Shown piece by piece: positions 8,452 through 16,694 of a stretch of 28,921 nt of DNA. The stretch is from the IMG/VR virus record IMGVR_UViG_3300020413_000987, positions 1-28,921 of that record; one strand, 5' to 3'. Below the pieces are notes generated by a model. That model was not told where the DNA came from, did no database searches, and saw only the letters and a program-made list of their open reading frames with translations. This stretch comes from a virus. Its lineage: Duplodnaviria; Caudoviricetes. The position numbers were made by a program, and so were the translations under genes. How positions within the stretch are numbered: the first letter of the stretch is position 1; each line of letters begins with the position of its first letter.

Positions 8452-9147
8452 ATGAAAAGATATATTTTTGATGTTGATGGTACTCTAACACCAAGCAGAC
8501 AAGTAATCGAATCTGATTTTTTAAGTTATCTTTTGGCATTCGCTTCAAATTGCCAAATGTATATTGTTACAGGTAGCGATAAAGATAAGACAATAGAACA
8601 ACTTGGAGAAGAACTTTGTAATAAGTGTCAACGAGTTTATAATTGTTCTGGTAGCGATGTATATGAACAGAGTAATAATGTTTATAGATCCGATTGGGTA
8701 TTACCAGAGGAAGTAAAATCATTTTTACAAGACGAATTAGATCATAGTCAGTTTCCAATAAGAACTGGTAAACATATTGAAACAAGACCTGGCGGAATTA
8801 ATTTTAGTATTCTTGGTAGAGGAGAAAATGATTTAGATGAAAGGCAAATGTATGTCGAACATGATCATGTTACTAATGAGAGAGCAGATATTGCAAATAG
8901 ATTAAAAGATAGATTCCCAGAACTAAATGTTCAGATAGGAGGTCAAACTGGTCTTGATATATCAAATGTAGATAAGAGTCAGATACTCAGAGATTTTGAT
9001 TCTAGTGATGAGATACATTTCTTTGGAGATATGATGCACGAGGGAGAGAACGATTATCCTTTAGCAAAAGCAGTCAAAGATATGGGTGGTTATGCATACC
9101 ATGTAAAGGATCATAGAGATACCTTTTTAAGATTAATGGAGTTATAA
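8452..9147 (+). CDS. HAD-IIB phosphomannomutase-like protein (eukaryotic PMM type)
   Basis: FDVDGTLT motif I, VTGSD motif II, IETR..INFSILGR, GGQTGLDI, HFFGD..EGENDY motif IV; GGAG ribosome-binding site upstream. Confidence 0.85.
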   Translation: MKRYIFDVDGTLTPSRQVIESDFLSYLLAFASNCQMYIVTGSDKDKTIEQLGEELCNKCQRVYNCSGSDVYEQSNNVYRSDWVLPEEVKSFLQDELDHSQFPIRTGKHIETRPGGINFSILGRGENDLDERQMYVEHDHVTNERADIANRLKDRFPELNVQIGGQTGLDISNVDKSQILRDFDSSDEIHFFGDMMHEGENDYPLAKAVKDMGGYAYHVKDHRDTFLRLMEL

Positions 9148-9148
9148 A

Positions 9149-9349
9149 ATGCAAAGAATTATTTTTCGTATAGACCAAGACGGTAATGTTACTGAAGAAG
9201 TTCAAGGAGTAACAAATGATACTTGTATAGATATTACAAAAGAAATAGAAGATACTCTAGGTAATGTTAAGTCTAGAGAATTAAAACCAGAATATTATCA
9301 GAAACAAAATGTCTCACTTCACCAACATCAAAACGAAACTGAAGGATAA
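9149..9349 (+). CDS. DUF2997-family protein
   Basis: IFRIDQDGNVTEEVQGV...C...T..IE..LG.V......PEYY pattern; adjacent to DUF1257. Confidence 0.8.
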   Translation: MQRIIFRIDQDGNVTEEVQGVTNDTCIDITKEIEDTLGNVKSRELKPEYYQKQNVSLHQHQNETEG

Positions 9350-9719
9350 AGATTTTTTAATCAAAGCATTGCATAGTATTGGATATACTGGAACAGAAAA
9401 TGTATTGTTGAAAAATCCTTCTAATCATCAACACGAAGAAGTTCAAGTTGAAATAGGAGTAACTAAGTATGATACAAGTCTGGAAGTAATGAGACCTATG
9501 ACAGCTGGATTCAAGATTAATGATGATGGAGTATTTGAATTAGTTACTGAAGTTGATACTTGGCACGAAACATTTCCTATAGAAAGATTCTTACAAAAAG
9601 TAACTCAGGCATATGCAAAATGTGCTGTAGTAGAAACCGCACAGGCAAAAGGATTTAATGTAACAACCGAACAGAAAGATGTTGATAATACCATAGAAAT
9701 AGTGATGGAAAAGTGGTAG
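9309..9719 (+). CDS. DUF1257 / Ycf35-family protein
   Basis: MSHFTNIKTKLKD...L..AL..IGY...GF...FELV...W...KVTQAYA...A..KGF...I.IVMEKW. Confidence 0.85.
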   Translation: MSHFTNIKTKLKDKDFLIKALHSIGYTGTENVLLKNPSNHQHEEVQVEIGVTKYDTSLEVMRPMTAGFKINDDGVFELVTEVDTWHETFPIERFLQKVTQAYAKCAVVETAQAKGFNVTTEQKDVDNTIEIVMEKW

Positions 9720-9725
9720 TGTATT

Positions 9726-9733
9726 GTTAAATA
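9726..9733 (+). promoter_or_regulatory. T4-type late promoter-like motif before hsp20
   Basis: GTTAAATA in an intergenic gap; T4 consensus is TATAAATA. Confidence 0.45.
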
Positions 9734-9782
9734 ATTGAGAATGCCGAAAGGATTCACAATTTACACTCGCTTACTTAAGGAG
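9734..9782 (+). promoter_or_regulatory. hsp20 leader: GAAA-tetraloop hairpin plus Shine-Dalgarno-sequestering hairpin (ROSE-like)
   Basis: ATTG-A-GAAT-G-CC-GAAA-GG-ATTC-A-CAAT (9734-9760); CTC-G-CTT(9766-72) pairs with AAGGAG(9777-82), G9769 bulged. Confidence 0.55.
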
Positions 9783-9786
9783 AAAC

Positions 9787-10212
9787 ATGGGCAACATACA
9801 AAGGTATACTGCAAGTAATCTTTCAGAATTAATGGATAAGATTACAAAGAACAGTATTGGACTAGACGATTATATCAATCAGGTCTGGGGAACAACAGCA
9901 CAAACTTACCCACCATACAATATTGTGCAACATAGCAATCATGAATCAAGTTTAGAGATTGCACTAGCAGGATTTAAAAAGAAAGAAGTTAAAGTTTACA
10001 CCGAACATGGTAAACTGCATGTAGAAGGTAAGAAAGACGAAAAGAAAGAGTCTGAATATGTACATCGTGGTATGGCACAAAGATCATTTGAAAGATCTTG
10101 GCAACTATCTGATGATGTAGAGATCACAAAAGTTACTTTTGAAGATGGTCTTCTTACTGTTGAATTAGGTAAGATAGTTCCAGAGCATCATGCTCGTAAA
10201 GAGTACCTCTAA
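9787..10212 (+). CDS. hsp20: small heat shock protein Hsp20/IbpA family
   Basis: YPPYNI, EIALAGF, YVHRGMAQRSF, FEDGLL alpha-crystallin motifs; AAGGAG ribosome-binding site. Confidence 0.96.
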   Translation: MGNIQRYTASNLSELMDKITKNSIGLDDYINQVWGTTAQTYPPYNIVQHSNHESSLEIALAGFKKKEVKVYTEHGKLHVEGKKDEKKESEYVHRGMAQRSFERSWQLSDDVEITKVTFEDGLLTVELGKIVPEHHARKEYL

Positions 10213-10222
10213 ATAAAAATAT

Positions 10223-10249
10223 AAAGGGATCTTGACGATCCCTTTTTTT
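10223..10249 (+). terminator. intrinsic terminator after hsp20
   Basis: AAAGGGATC-TTGAC-GATCCC followed by T7. Confidence 0.85.
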
Positions 10250-10259
10250 ATGCTATAAT
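10232..10259 (+). promoter_or_regulatory. sigma70-type promoter for the polymerase operon
   Basis: TTGACG (10232-37), 16 nt spacer, extended TG-n-TATAAT (10251-59). Confidence 0.75.
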
Positions 10260-10265
10260 ATATTT

Positions 10266-10334
10266 GTCAGAGAAATACTGGCTGCGGTTATCCCCTTTGG
10301 TAGGTTCAGGATAAGCGGCTATAGGAATCTACCA
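10266..10334 (+). ncRNA. putative pseudoknotted leader RNA, family not recognised
   Basis: TTATCC(10288-93)/GGATAA(10309-14) stem; its loop TGGTAGGTTC(10298-10307) is complementary to GAATCTACCA(10325-34), 10 bp with one G-U. Confidence 0.65.
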
Positions 10335-10353
10335 TCTTAATTAACATCAAAAA

Positions 10354-10710
10354 ATGTCAATCAAACTAGTCTTATTAAAATCAGGAGATCAGATAATCTC
10401 TGATGCAAAAGAGTTAGTAATGGGCGAAGATGATAAGCAACAAAAGATTGTAGGATATCTTCTTACTAATCCTTTTAAAATTATTAGTCAAAAACCCCTT
10501 CTTCTAACGGAAGATGTACAAACTAATGATGCTTCAGTTGAGATTACTTTATCTCCTTGGATTCTTTTGTCTGCTGATAAATCGATTCCAATTAAACCAG
10601 ATTGGGTAGTAACTGTTGTTGAACCATTAGAATCTGTTAAAAAAATGTATGAGGATCGATTAAATGAGCTCGCAAAACAAGAAAGTAAAGGGACTTCTAC
10701 TGAAAGTTGA
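10354..10710 (+). CDS. conserved cyanophage hypothetical protein upstream of gp43
   Basis: MSIKLVLLKSGDQIIS...LSPWI...DWVVTVVEP; similar to the ORF at 2413. Confidence 0.85.
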   Translation: MSIKLVLLKSGDQIISDAKELVMGEDDKQQKIVGYLLTNPFKIISQKPLLLTEDVQTNDASVEITLSPWILLSADKSIPIKPDWVVTVVEPLESVKKMYEDRLNELAKQESKGTSTES

Positions 10711-10927
10711 TAATGTCGTCATCTGTGAAGTAGAAGAAATTCAAGCAGAATTGGGAGAACCTGATTGTAAAATAAAAAATCCATATCAATATGATAAGGA
10801 TGCGGGTCTAACACCTTGGCCAGATTTTGCAGGGCAAACTGAGATGATGCTTAGATCAGATGATATACTAACAATGGTAGAACCCAAACAAGAAATTATT
10901 GATCAGTATCTTGAACTAACAAAATAA
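10664..10927 (+). CDS. conserved cyanophage hypothetical protein upstream of gp43
   Basis: GEPDCKIKNPY...PWP...DDILTMVEP; TAATG coupling to gp43. Confidence 0.8.
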   Translation: MSSQNKKVKGLLLKVDNVVICEVEEIQAELGEPDCKIKNPYQYDKDAGLTPWPDFAGQTEMMLRSDDILTMVEPKQEIIDQYLELTK

Positions 10928-13428
10928 TGCGTTTTTATACTAACGTCCAGATGGTTGGAGACAACTTCTTAGTTCGTGGTTACGAGAATGGAAAACATTT
11001 CGCAATCAGAGAGAAGTTTTATCCAACCCTTTTTGTTCCCTCTAAAAAAAGAACAAAACAAAAAACACTGGATGGTGACTATGTTGAATCTGTAGAACCT
11101 GGTACTGTTCGCGATTGTCGTGAATTTATCAAGAAGTATGATGGTGTTGAAAATTTTAATATCTATGGAAATGATAGATACATCTATCAATACATTTCAG
11201 AGAAATATCCAGAAGCAGAAATAAAGTTTGATATTAGTAAAATTAAATTATTCTCATTGGATATTGAGGTTAAGTCTGAGAATGGATTCCCAGATGTAGA
11301 ATCTGCATCTCAAGAAATATTATTAATTACAATACAAGATTATACGACTAAAAAGATTATTACTTGGGGGCAAGGTCCTTTTAATAATACACAAGAGAAC
11401 GTAACATATAAACAATTTGGTTCAGAGTATGAACTTCTAAATGCATTCATTAATTGGTGGATGATAGAAGAAAATACACCAGAGGTTGTTACTGGTTGGA
11501 ATATTCAACTATATGATATTCCATATATCTGTCGTAGATTAGATCGTGTATTGGGTGAGAAACTAATGAAACGTTTTTCTCCTTGGGGTTTAGTAACAGA
11601 AGATGAGGTTTATATTCAAGGTCGTAAAAATATTTCATATGATGTGGGTGGTATAACTCAACTTGATTATTTGGATCTTTATAAGAAGTTTACTTATACT
11701 AATCAAGAATCATATAGATTAGATCATATTGCTAGTGTAGAACTTGGACAAAAGAAACTTGACCACTCAGAGTTTGATACATTCAAAGACTTCTATACAA
11801 AAGGTTGGCAGAAGTTTGTAGAATACAATATCATTGACGTGGAACTTGTTGACAGATTAGAAGACAAGATGAAACTTATTGAGCTTGCTGTTACAATGGC
11901 ACTCGACGCAAAGGTAAACTTTGTAGATGTTTTTTATCAAGTTCGTATGTGGGATACTATCATATACAATTATCTTAAACAAAGAAATATTGTAATTCCT
12001 CCAAAAGCAAGATCAGATAAAGATGCAAAGTATGCAGGTGCATATGTTAAAGAACCAATACCTGGTAAGTATGATTGGGTGGTTTCATTTGACTTGAATA
12101 GTCTATACCCACACTTGATCATGCAATATAATATTTCACCAGAAACTTTATTAGATCAAAGACACCCATCGGTTACAGTTGATAAGATACTTGATGAAGA
12201 TATAAACTTTGAACTGTACAAAGATAGTGCTGTTTGTGCAAATGGTGCAATGTATCGAAAGGACGTTCGTGGATTCTTACCAGAGATTATGGAAAAGATA
12301 TACAAAGATCGAACAGTTTATAAAAAGAAAATGATTGTTGCAAAACAACAATACCAAAAAACTCCTACTAAAACTCTTGAAAAGGAAATTGCAAGATGTA
12401 ATAATATCCAGATGGCAAGAAAGATTCAACTCAACTCTGCCTATGGTGCGATTGGTAATCAATACTTCCGATATTATAAATTAGCAAATGCGGAAGCAAT
12501 TACCTTATCAGGGCAGGTTTCTATTCGTTGGATAGAAAACCGCATGAACATATACCTAAACAAATTACTAAAAACGGAGAATGAAGATTATGTTATTGCT
12601 TCAGATACTGATTCTATCTATCTTAACCTTGGTCCTTTGGTGGAACGTGTATACGAGGGCAGAGAGAAAACTACTGAGGGCATTGTTTCGTTCCTTAATA
12701 AGATCTGTGAGGTGGAACTTGAAAAATATATTACGAATTCTTATGAAACGTTGGCCAACTACGTAAATGCATATGATCAAAAGATGTTCATGAAAAGGGA
12801 GAATATCGCAGAACGTGGAATATGGACAGCAAAGAAAAGATATATTTTAAATGTGTGGGACAGCGAAGGAGTAAGATATGAAGAACCAAAACTCAAGATG
12901 ATGGGTATTGAAGCAGTTAAATCATCTACACCTGCACCTTGTCGCAAAATGATTAAAGACGCACTTAAATTAATGATGAGTGGCACTGAAGATGAAGTTA
13001 TAGATTTTATTGAAAATGCTAGAAAGGAATTTAGATCTCTCCCACCAGAACAGATTGCATTTCCCCGAACTGCTTCTAATATCAGGAAGTATAAATCATC
13101 ATCTGACATTTATGTAAAAGGAACTCCTATACATATACGGGGTGCATTACTGTTTAACTTTTATCTTAAGAAGAAAAAGTTGACGAATAAGTATTCTGCT
13201 ATTGAAAATGGAGAGAAGGTTAAGTTCCTCTATTTAAAGAAACCAAATATCATACAAGAGAATGTATTATCATTCATTCAAGATTTCCCTACGGAGTTTG
13301 GTTTATCGCAATATATTGATTATGAATTACAATTTGAAAAAAGTTTTGTATATCCTTTAAAAGCAATTTTGGATGCGATTGGTTGGGAAGTCGAAAAGAA
13401 AATTACCTTAGAATCATTTTTTTCCTAA
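10927..13428 (+). CDS. 43: family B DNA polymerase, T4 gp43-like
   Basis: Exo I LDIE, Exo II GWNIQLYD, Exo III YNIID; polymerase motifs FDLNSLYP, KIQLNSAYG, SDTDS; no visible intein. Confidence 0.98.
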   Translation: MRFYTNVQMVGDNFLVRGYENGKHFAIREKFYPTLFVPSKKRTKQKTLDGDYVESVEPGTVRDCREFIKKYDGVENFNIYGNDRYIYQYISEKYPEAEIKFDISKIKLFSLDIEVKSENGFPDVESASQEILLITIQDYTTKKIITWGQGPFNNTQENVTYKQFGSEYELLNAFINWWMIEENTPEVVTGWNIQLYDIPYICRRLDRVLGEKLMKRFSPWGLVTEDEVYIQGRKNISYDVGGITQLDYLDLYKKFTYTNQESYRLDHIASVELGQKKLDHSEFDTFKDFYTKGWQKFVEYNIIDVELVDRLEDKMKLIELAVTMALDAKVNFVDVFYQVRMWDTIIYNYLKQRNIVIPPKARSDKDAKYAGAYVKEPIPGKYDWVVSFDLNSLYPHLIMQYNISPETLLDQRHPSVTVDKILDEDINFELYKDSAVCANGAMYRKDVRGFLPEIMEKIYKDRTVYKKKMIVAKQQYQKTPTKTLEKEIARCNNIQMARKIQLNSAYGAIGNQYFRYYKLANAEAITLSGQVSIRWIENRMNIYLNKLLKTENEDYVIASDTDSIYLNLGPLVERVYEGREKTTEGIVSFLNKICEVELEKYITNSYETLANYVNAYDQKMFMKRENIAERGIWTAKKRYILNVWDSEGVRYEEPKLKMMGIEAVKSSTPAPCRKMIKDALKLMMSGTEDEVIDFIENARKEFRSLPPEQIAFPRTASNIRKYKSSSDIYVKGTPIHIRGALLFNFYLKKKKLTNKYSAIENGEKVKFLYLKKPNIIQENVLSFIQDFPTEFGLSQYIDYELQFEKSFVYPLKAILDAIGWEVEKKITLESFFS

Positions 13429-13595
13429 TGGATTTACCTATTAATGACAAAGATTTAGAAACAATCGTAAATGCACTTTCTCTTGGAGGAGATGCAAGAT
13501 TGTATCATCTATTGAAAGAAGTAAAAGAAGTCAGAGATTTAAATCCTGATGGACCTTATAAGAGAATACTAAGAGATAAAGGGTATGTAATCTAA
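13428..13595 (+). CDS. hypothetical protein, 55 aa
   Basis: ATG at 13428 in a TAATG overlap (MDLPINDKDL...), preferred over the track start at 13383. Confidence 0.7.
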   Translation: MDLPINDKDLETIVNALSLGGDARLYHLLKEVKEVRDLNPDGPYKRILRDKGYVI

Positions 13596-14053
13596 TGTTT
13601 TTTGATAAAGTGAGTTTAGTTACTGGTGGATTTGATCCTATTCACAGTGGACATATAGCATATTTTAAAAGAGCTAAAGATCTTTCTAATTATTTGGTTG
13701 TTGGTCTTAACAGCAATGAATGGTTAACCAGAAAGAAAAATCAATATTTTCAATCGTGGGCAGAAAGAGCAGATATTATTAGACATCTTGATATGGTAGA
13801 TGCTGTCGTCTCTTGGGATGATAGTGATGAATCTGCCTGTGGTGCTATTGCTAAGTGTTTAGATATTTCTAACACAGTTGTTTTTTGCAATGGTGGAGAT
13901 AGAAAGAAAGGAAACACACCTGAGATTGAAGGTTTTGGAAATGATTCTAGAGTTCAATTTGAATTTGGGATTGGTGGTGAAGATAAAATGAATAGTAGTT
14001 CATGGATACTTCATGGTTATTTTGAAAGACAACGTAAATTATTAGGAATATGA
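13595..14053 (+). CDS. cytidylyltransferase-like protein (TagD/RfaE domain II family)
   Basis: TGGFDPIHSGH (HxGH), VVGLNS, ER..I, NGGDR, KMNSSS. Confidence 0.88.
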   Translation: MFFDKVSLVTGGFDPIHSGHIAYFKRAKDLSNYLVVGLNSNEWLTRKKNQYFQSWAERADIIRHLDMVDAVVSWDDSDESACGAIAKCLDISNTVVFCNGGDRKKGNTPEIEGFGNDSRVQFEFGIGGEDKMNSSSWILHGYFERQRKLLGI

Positions 14054-14583
14054 AAGAAGAACTTCTAAGTTTAATTAAAGAGAAAGGTTATCGTAAAGGT
14101 GAGTTTACTCTTTCTTCTGGTAAAAAATCAGAACATTATGTAAACTGTAAACCAGTTATATTAAGTGCTCGTGGATTAACTCTTGCTTCTATTATGTTAC
14201 TAGAACATGTAAATACACCAGTGGTAGCAGGACTTACTCTTGGAGCTGATCCTTTAGTATCTGGAGTAGCAGTTGTATCTGGATTAGATAATAGAATTGT
14301 TGATGCACTTATAGTTCGTAAAGAATCAAAAGGACATGGTACTGATGAATATATTGAAGGTCCCACATTCCCAGAGGGAACTGAAGTAACTGTCCTTGAA
14401 GATGTAGTAACTACAGGAGGTTCATCTATCAAAGCAGTAAAACGTTTGAGAGATGCAGGTTACGTTGTAAAACGTATAGTTTCTATAGTTGACAGACAAG
14501 AAAATGCAGAAGCAACTATAGCATTTAAATCAGAAAATTTAGAATATTATAGTATATTTTTACTTGAGGAAATTTATGATTAA
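14050..14583 (+). CDS. pyrE: orotate phosphoribosyltransferase
   Basis: FTLSSGKKS.HY, RKESKGHG loop, PRPP-binding VLEDVVTTGGS. Confidence 0.95.
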   Translation: MKEELLSLIKEKGYRKGEFTLSSGKKSEHYVNCKPVILSARGLTLASIMLLEHVNTPVVAGLTLGADPLVSGVAVVSGLDNRIVDALIVRKESKGHGTDEYIEGPTFPEGTEVTVLEDVVTTGGSSIKAVKRLRDAGYVVKRIVSIVDRQENAEATIAFKSENLEYYSIFLLEEIYD

Positions 14584-14998
14584 ATCATTTGGATTATTGA
14601 TTCTAAGAATATCAATAGGAACTATGCTGATTCATCATGGTTATGAAAAAACAGCAGACATACAGAATTTTGCTGATGCATTTGTAAGACCTATCGGATT
14701 ACCATTTCCAATAATATCATCATACATAGCAGCATACTCTGAGATCTATGGTAGTTGGTTATTAATTCTTGGATTGTTCACCAGGTTTGGTGCATTAGCA
14801 GTCGTAGGAACTATAACAGTTGCAATATATCATGCTATCGCTACAGCAGGTTTTAACATATATCTTTTAGAACTTCTTGTGCTATACTTTGGGGGAGCAT
14901 TCTGTGTCTTATGCTATGGTGGAGGAGACTTTGCTCTTGATAGACTTCTTAGTAAGTTTAGAATAAAATTTAATAGACCACATTTACCTTTTGAATAA
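14576..14998 (+). CDS. DoxX family membrane protein
   Basis: LLILRI..G...IHHGYEK, E..G..LL.LGLFTR, GGGDFALD; several TM helices; ATG at 14576. Confidence 0.88.
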   Translation: MIKSFGLLILRISIGTMLIHHGYEKTADIQNFADAFVRPIGLPFPIISSYIAAYSEIYGSWLLILGLFTRFGALAVVGTITVAIYHAIATAGFNIYLLELLVLYFGGAFCVLCYGGGDFALDRLLSKFRIKFNRPHLPFE

Positions 14999-15147
14999 TG
15001 AATTGTTGGCATTGTAATACCGAATTAATTTGGGGTGGAGACCATGATCTTGACGATTATGAAGAAATGGAGTATGATATAGTCACAAACTTATCATGCC
15101 CAACTTGTGAATCTTATGTTGAAGTCTATCATAAGATAGAAAAATAA
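14998..15147 (+). CDS. small zinc-ribbon protein, 49 aa (not in ORF track)
   Basis: MNCWHCNTELIWGGDHDLDDYEEMEYDIVTNLSCPTCESYVEVYHKIEK; two CxxC pairs; TAATG coupling. Confidence 0.8.
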   Translation: MNCWHCNTELIWGGDHDLDDYEEMEYDIVTNLSCPTCESYVEVYHKIEK

Positions 15148-15150
15148 ATT

Positions 15151-15684
15151 ATGACATCTCATTATGGAGTTAATCTTTGGGAACCATTATTAACTCAAAT
15201 TGATGTAGTTGATAATTTTTTACCTCCAGAAGAATTCATTCAAGTACATAAATGGTTTACACATGAATTACATTGGTTTTATAATCCATATGTAAATAAG
15301 GAAGGAGATCATCCCGATGATTATCAATTCCAACATGTGTTCTTACTTCCAGATCGTGGAGTTGTATCAAACTACATGTCTTACTTACAACCCTTTATGG
15401 GAAGAATACCTGCTTCTGAGTGGATAAGAGTTAAAGCAAATCTAAGAACAAAATCTGATGAAGTAAGAGTGGGAGGATTTCATATAGACTATGAAGATTG
15501 TACTACTTCTATATTTTATTTTAATGATAATGATGGACAGACATCTTTTGAATCTGGTGGATATGTGAAAAGTGTTGCAAATCGTTTAATTACTTTTCCA
15601 TCCAATATAAGACATTCAGGTTCAACATGCACTGACGAAAAAGCACGTTTTGTGCTAAACTTAAATTATAAGGCAGCAACTTAA
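15151..15684 (+). CDS. 2OG-Fe(II) oxygenase-like protein
   Basis: FHID, SIFYFNDNDG.T, NRLITF, HSG, RFVLNLNY. Confidence 0.8.
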   Translation: MTSHYGVNLWEPLLTQIDVVDNFLPPEEFIQVHKWFTHELHWFYNPYVNKEGDHPDDYQFQHVFLLPDRGVVSNYMSYLQPFMGRIPASEWIRVKANLRTKSDEVRVGGFHIDYEDCTTSIFYFNDNDGQTSFESGGYVKSVANRLITFPSNIRHSGSTCTDEKARFVLNLNYKAAT

Positions 15685-15686
15685 TT

Positions 15687-16694
15687 ATGGATTTTTTAAA
15701 AGAGATAGTAAAAGAGATAGGAGATGAATATACGCAGCTTGCGTCAGAGATTGATGAAACTGAAAGATTCATTGACACAGGATCCTACATTTTTAATGGA
15801 CTCATTAGTGGGTCTATTTTTGGCGGGGTTTCTAGCAATCGCATTACTGCTATCGCTGGTGAGTCGAGCACTGGTAAAACTTTTTTCTCTCTTGCTGTTG
15901 TCAAGAACTTTTTGGACACTAACCCTGATGGGTATTGTCTCTATTTTGACACTGAAGCAGCAGTCAATAAAGGATTACTGGAGTCTCGTGGAGTTGATAC
16001 GACACGGTTGGTTGTTGTGAATGTCGTAACAATAGAAGAGTTTAGAAGCAAAGCACTGAGAGCAGTAGATATATACCTTAAGACATCTGAAGAGGATCGC
16101 AAACCTTGTATGTTTGTGTTAGACTCTTTAGGTATGCTCTCAACAGAAAAAGAAATAAGAGATGCATTAGATGATAAACAAGTAAGAGATATGACCAAAT
16201 CTCAACTTGTCAAGGGAGCATTTCGTATGCTAACATTAAAACTTGGTCAAGCAAATATTCCACTTATAGTTACAAATCACACTTACGATGTTATCGGATC
16301 TTATGTCCCAACTAAAGAAATGGGAGGGGGCAGTGGCCTCAAGTATGCCGCGTCTACAATCATTTATCTCGGCAAAAAAAAGGAAAAGGATAAGACAGAG
16401 GTTGTTGGAAACATTATTAAAGCTAAGACGGCTAAATCAAGACTCAGCAAAGAAAACCAACAAGTCGAAATAAGACTCTATTACGATGAAAGAGGTTTAG
16501 ACAGATACTACGGTCTTCTTGAGTTAGGAGAACTTGGTGGTATGTGGAAGAATGTGGCAGGTAGATATGAAATGAATGGTAAAAAAATATATGGTAAAGA
16601 GATATTAAAGAATCCGACAGAATACTTTACTGATGATATAATGAAACAATTAGACACTATTGCTCAGAAACAGTTTTCTTATGGAACGGATTGA
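15687..16694 (+). CDS. uvsX: RecA-like recombinase UvsX
   Basis: Walker A GESSTGKT, YFDTE, VLDSLG, TNHTY, MGGGSGLKYAAS. Confidence 0.96.
   Translation: MDFLKEIVKEIGDEYTQLASEIDETERFIDTGSYIFNGLISGSIFGGVSSNRITAIAGESSTGKTFFSLAVVKNFLDTNPDGYCLYFDTEAAVNKGLLESRGVDTTRLVVVNVVTIEEFRSKALRAVDIYLKTSEEDRKPCMFVLDSLGMLSTEKEIRDALDDKQVRDMTKSQLVKGAFRMLTLKLGQANIPLIVTNHTYDVIGSYVPTKEMGGGSGLKYAASTIIYLGKKKEKDKTEVVGNIIKAKTAKSRLSKENQQVEIRLYYDERGLDRYYGLLELGELGGMWKNVAGRYEMNGKKIYGKEILKNPTEYFTDDIMKQLDTIAQKQFSYGTD

Noticed and set aside
10266-10334. HDV-like, hammerhead, twister or pistol ribozyme; preQ1 or SAM-II riboswitch
   Set aside because: Helix order does not fit the HDV nested double pseudoknot, and I could not find the conserved cores of the others (e.g. 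CUGAUGA/GAAA). Left unassigned.
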